Assembly (NCBI GenBank): GCA_028534125.1
Contig: CM052837.1
Location: 3,286,001 to 3,350,000, forward strand
Direction: 5' to 3'
Length of the DNA: 64,000 nucleotides
Source: Lama glama
Lineage: Eukaryota
Of this stretch, positions 59,975-64,000 are shown piece by piece; within the stretch, counting starts at the first letter, position 1; the number at the start of each line of letters is the position of its first letter. The translations under genes were made by a program, and so were the position numbers. Under the pieces are notes generated by a model. It searched no databases. It saw only the letters and a list, made by a program, of their open reading frames with translations, and was not told the origin of the DNA.

Positions 59975-60434
59975 GTAGGAGGGGGCCGCCTGCCCAGGCT
60001 CCCCGCCCCTCCGGGGGGAGGGTGGGAGAGGAGCCTCGGAGCCCCTCGTGCAGCGTCGAGCCTAGTAGGGTGGTGTCACCAGTGTCACACGTGGAGCCAC
60101 TAGTCAGCTCCGCTGTTTAAGCGGAAGTGGAGCTCAGTCCCTCCGTCACCCTTGCCACCTGGCAGGCGTGTGCCGCCGCTGCCCGTCCCCAGGGCGCCGT
60201 GTGGAACTGTGCGCGTCCGAGCATCCCCGGCACCCTGGCAGCGCTGTGGATGGCGCAGCCCTGACCGGCTCACGGGCTGCCTGCTTGGGGCCATCGCTGC
60301 CGTCCTGTGACCAGGAGGCACGTCCTCAGGGCCTCAGGGCCCCCGGCGTCGGGCCCACGGGCACGGGCACGGCCAGGTGGCCTTCCGGCTGCACGTCAGC
60401 AAAGGCTGGACCCCTTCAACCCTCTGCCCCACAG

Positions 60435-60578
60435 GAGAGACTAGAAAAAGAGAAGAAGCTGACGAGTGATCTGGGACGTGCTGCCACCAAACTACAGGAG
60501 CTGTTGAAGACAACCCAGGAGCAGCTGGCAAAGGAGAAGGACACCGTGAAGAAGCTACAGGAGCAGCTGGGCAAGGCA
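60435..60578 (+). CDS. RRBP1: RRBP1 exon 24 (ERLEKEKKLTSDLGRAATKLQELL...EQLGKA)
   Basis: AG/GTGAGT, 144 bp. Confidence 0.96.
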
Positions 60579-61051
60579 GTGAGTGCGCTGGCCTGCCCGC
60601 GGCGCGGGGAGGGCGCCTGGGACTCCCGGGGAGCGCGACCCAGGCCTGGGGGCTGGGCAGCCCGGCCGTGCCGCCCACGGTGGGGGCCCGCACCTGGCCT
60701 TCTGCGTCCCCGGGGTGGGAAACGCGCCTCTGACCCCCGCTGCCAGCCCAGGTCCTCACGTTGGGCCCGCGCTGCCCCTGAGCCAGTGCCACCGGGTCCT
60801 CAGCTGGACCTGGGGCCCTCGCTCTCCTCTGTGTCCTCCGCTCCCGCCGAGCCCTCGGGCGTCTCCTCCAGCCCCCGGAGCGAGTCCTCGCTGGGACTCC
60901 AGACGTGGTGGGCTGGGCCGGCCTTCTCTGGAGGCGTTGGGGTGGTTTAGGAGGGTTAACCTGCAGGGACGGGAGGGCCCTCGGAGCTGGGGCGCGTGCT
61001 CCCCTGGGCTCCTTGGCCCCAGCCTCTCCCTCCCTCTGTCCTTTTCCACAG

Positions 61052-61090
61052 GAGGATGGCGGCAGCTCAAAGGAGGGCACCTCTGTCTGA
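61052..61090 (+). CDS. RRBP1: RRBP1 terminal exon coding part (EDGGSSKEGTSV*)
   Basis: Pyrimidine tract plus CAG acceptor; stop TGA at 61088-61090; C-terminal KEGTSV. Confidence 0.95.
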   Translation, partial: EDGGSSKEGTSV

Positions 61091-61605
61091 GTCTCCTGCG
61101 GAAAAAGAAGTTATTGTTCCACTTACCAAAATGCCTTACACATTCCTACAAGTCAACCACCCAGCCGACACAGCGTTGTCCTCCGGGCCTGACTTCGCAT
61201 CTGAGACGCCGTCAGAGACGACAGTGTCTCAGCACCAGAAATAGATCTTCCAGATCCCCGTTTGTAAGAGAACCTTTGTCACATTTGATAAACACTATTC
61301 CCCAGGACCAGCCCTGGACCGCCGGCCAGCGGACACCAAAGCCCTCATCAGCTGTGGGGCAGACCCGGGGTGTGTGCTGGGGAGGCCGGGACCTCTGGGC
61401 ACCTGTATGTCAGTCAGTGCAATTGTTTTGCCTCTTGTGGGGTCGGGGGTCAGGCGGTGGGCAGTCTTGTGGGTGGGTGGGCTGCTGAGACTGGAGAGTC
61501 ACAACCCAGTGAGGCAGCAGCCCTGAGCCCTGGAAGGAGTTGACACCAGAACTGATGTGACCTCCTAGACGTGAAATCCATTAAAACCCACATGTCGCCC
61601 GGCAC
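61091..61605 (+). other. RRBP1: RRBP1 3' UTR (end approximate)
   Basis: Between the stop codon and the ATTAAA signal. Confidence 0.7.
61580..61585 (+). terminator. Polyadenylation signal ATTAAA
   Basis: First AATAAA/ATTAAA-class hexamer I found after the stop, followed by GU-rich GGTCTGGTCTGGTCT at ~61608-61623. Confidence 0.7.
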
Positions 61606-64000
61606 TGCGGTCTGGTCTGGTCTCCTGCGGGGCTCCCACACCTGGTGCTGGGCAGGGATGAGGGACCAGGGGCTCCCTCAGGGAGAGAACGGGTGTGGTT
61701 CCGGGTCCCCTGTCCCACTGCTTTCCCTGTCCTGCCACCCAGGTCCTAGCACCCACTGGGCGGGATGAGGGAGCAGGGCCTGTGACACCTGGTGGGGTGG
61801 CCGGATGCGCTGACCGCACCCCCCACCCCAAGGGGCTGTGGGTGGCCGAGGCTGTCCTGTGAAGTGAGTTCCGGGAACGAACAAAGGGGCCTCTGTCTTC
61901 TGGCCAGGACCTAGGCAGACGTCCACACCTCAGGCGGGCTGCTCCAGGGCTGGGGCAGCTGCCTTACCTTCCCGTGAGCCTCAGATCAGACCCACTGTGC
62001 TCGGTGGCCCCAGAGAAACTGGTCAACAGGTGTGTGCTCGGGTCTTTGTAAGGAACCTGGCGTGTAAGCAAAAGACAGGTTTAGAGGTTGGGTCGCAGGA
62101 GTGGTTGCACCACCAGCAGGGAAGGCGAATCAGCGGACCGATGCCCCTGGGCAGCACCAGCCAGTCTGTCTACTTTCAGCTCAGTCCCAAGACTCAGACT
62201 CCTGAGAGCTGGGGGCTGAGGGGCTGAACTCAGCCGGGGGAAGACAAGCACCCCGACGGCAGGTGCGGCCAAACAGGAGGGAGGGCAGCACCCAGGGAAG
62301 GGTGGTCTTGGAGTTAGGTTCTCCACCTCCCGGGACCTCTGTGCGGCCCATGCCCCCTGCTGCTGGGGCTGACGCCTCCCCAGGGCGGTTTGTCACGGGA
62401 GGGGGATTGCAGCACCCTGTGTCCTCCGGGCACCTTCGGCCCCACATGTGAGCAGCTGCCGCGGGCCGGGCGGTGCTGGCCTCGGTCTGCGTGACCAAGA
62501 CCTGGCCCTGGCTTGCAGGGACCACTTGGTCCATGGGCCGCCCGACCACACACACTGTGTGGCACTGGTGTGTTGTGGCTGTGTTGGGATCAGGGTGCTG
62601 GGAATTCTGGGAAGGCTCCCCAGAGATGTGAGCATGAGCTGGAGCTCAGCAGAAGAGACGTTTGTCAGGAGGGAAGAAGGGTCAAGGCTGAGGGGACAGT
62701 GGTGCAGAGGCACAGACCTGTGATGGGCTGGGGGTGGTGGCAGGGGCGGGGCAAGAAAGCCTTGAGGAGCTGGGTTACGAAGGGCATAAAAGGTCTGGAC
62801 AGGGAAGGCAGCAGGGGTCACTGAAGTACCATTCTTCTCTGGAGGGGGCCCCCGCGGGATGTGGGATCCAGGCAGTGGTTTCTGGCTGGAGACTGAGCAG
62901 GAGGAAGTGACGCGTCACACCTGACGCAGCCACACTTGCGGAGTCCCCACAGCAGGGAGTAGCCCACCTGGTACAGGGCAGGGAGGCTGCAGCCCCACCT
63001 CTAGCAAACACCCAGGAGGGCATCAGGAGGCCTGGGGCGGCGGCTGGAGGGTCTGGTTTGCGTGGTCGCGATGGGCTGTGCCTCGCTGTGCTCCGGTGGG
63101 CCCTGCACGGTGCACGGTGGAGTGGGGCCCAAAACTCATCCTCCTGCATGGTCAGTGGTTTGCGGCCCCGTTTCCTGGTGGGAAACAGGCCAGCACCATG
63201 CCCCGAGCCCGGACTCCTGCATCAGAGTGGCCACCATCGGCCTGGGAGCCTGCATCTCCAGTGAGCTCCCCTCCCCTTGCCCCACTGGCTGTAGAACTGA
63301 GACCCCTCATGCTGGGGAGAAGCCCTCTGCAGGCACAGGAATACGGGTGGGGGACCCCAGAGAAAGGTACAAGAGACCCTGAGCTGCTGCCTTTGGGTCC
63401 CTCCTCGACCACCTGGTGGGGCCCAGTGTCCCCTGTGGGGAGGAGGTCAAAGGCAGGTGCAGCACAGGAGGCCCCACGGATCTGACCTGGAGGCTCCTGC
63501 GGCTGAAGCTCTGAGGCCCGCCCTCCCCGCCTGTCCGGCTGGGCTGAGCAGCCCCAAGGCTCAGCGGTGGCAGCTCCTGCGCCGGCAGGGGGCGCCCATG
63601 GGCCTCGCTGTTCCTGGGCCAGGTTCCACCCTCAGGCTGGGGAAGGAGAGAGCTGCAGGCAGCCACCCTCGCCAGCGTCCAGCATCAGAGACTGAGAGGC
63701 CCCTTGTGGTTTCTCTACAATGTGGTGGTGTCTGCAACGGTGCAGACACCCCGGGAGCCGGGCGCATCTTTCTGGTCTTTCACAGCTCCCGGTCCTGCAA
63801 ATGGAGCGGCACCTAGGAACCAGCTTTTGTAGTCCCTGGGAATGAAGTTCAAAGCCCCCAGGCTGGGCTCGGAGTTGCTGCATCTCGGACCAACAGCAGA
63901 GCTGTGGGAGTTCTGAGATCCAGGCTGAACCCCTCCCTTCAGAGGCTCCCCGGGTGGACCTAAAACTCTGGGGTCACATGGCCCACTGACAGCCCCTCCA

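Noticed and set aside
61610-64000. Possible neighbouring gene downstream
   Set aside because: No recognisable exons or coding similarity seen within the window.

Overview
Mammalian genomic DNA, most likely camelid (two Vic-1-type tRNA-derived SINEs). The window holds one complete gene on the + strand, RRBP1 (ribosome-binding protein 1 / p180). It has a CpG-island promoter, two non-coding exons (~1120-1306 and probably 3787-3861) and 23 coding exons from ATG 21968 to TGA 61090, all with GT-AG boundaries and consistent phases, followed by a 3' UTR with ATTAAA at 61580. Exon 3 encodes the TM anchor, Lys-rich region and at least 52 decapeptide (NQGKKAEGAQ-type) repeats, interrupted by a 100-N gap that creates an artefactual frameshift. 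Introns contain old L1, L2, MIR, MaLR and hAT/mariner fossils; repeat family names are recalled, not searched. The most notable observation is a type I hammerhead-ribozyme-like motif (21835-21899), with complete core, stems I and III and a vestigial stem II, about 55 nt upstream of the first coding exon. Also notable: an in-frame exitron spanning the repeat array, where every repeat offers another in-frame acceptor; a 3-codon uORF created only by the exon 2-exon 3 junction; and a near-perfect 169-bp intronic tandem duplication. Most ORF-track entries are spurious GC-rich or gap-spanning ORFs.
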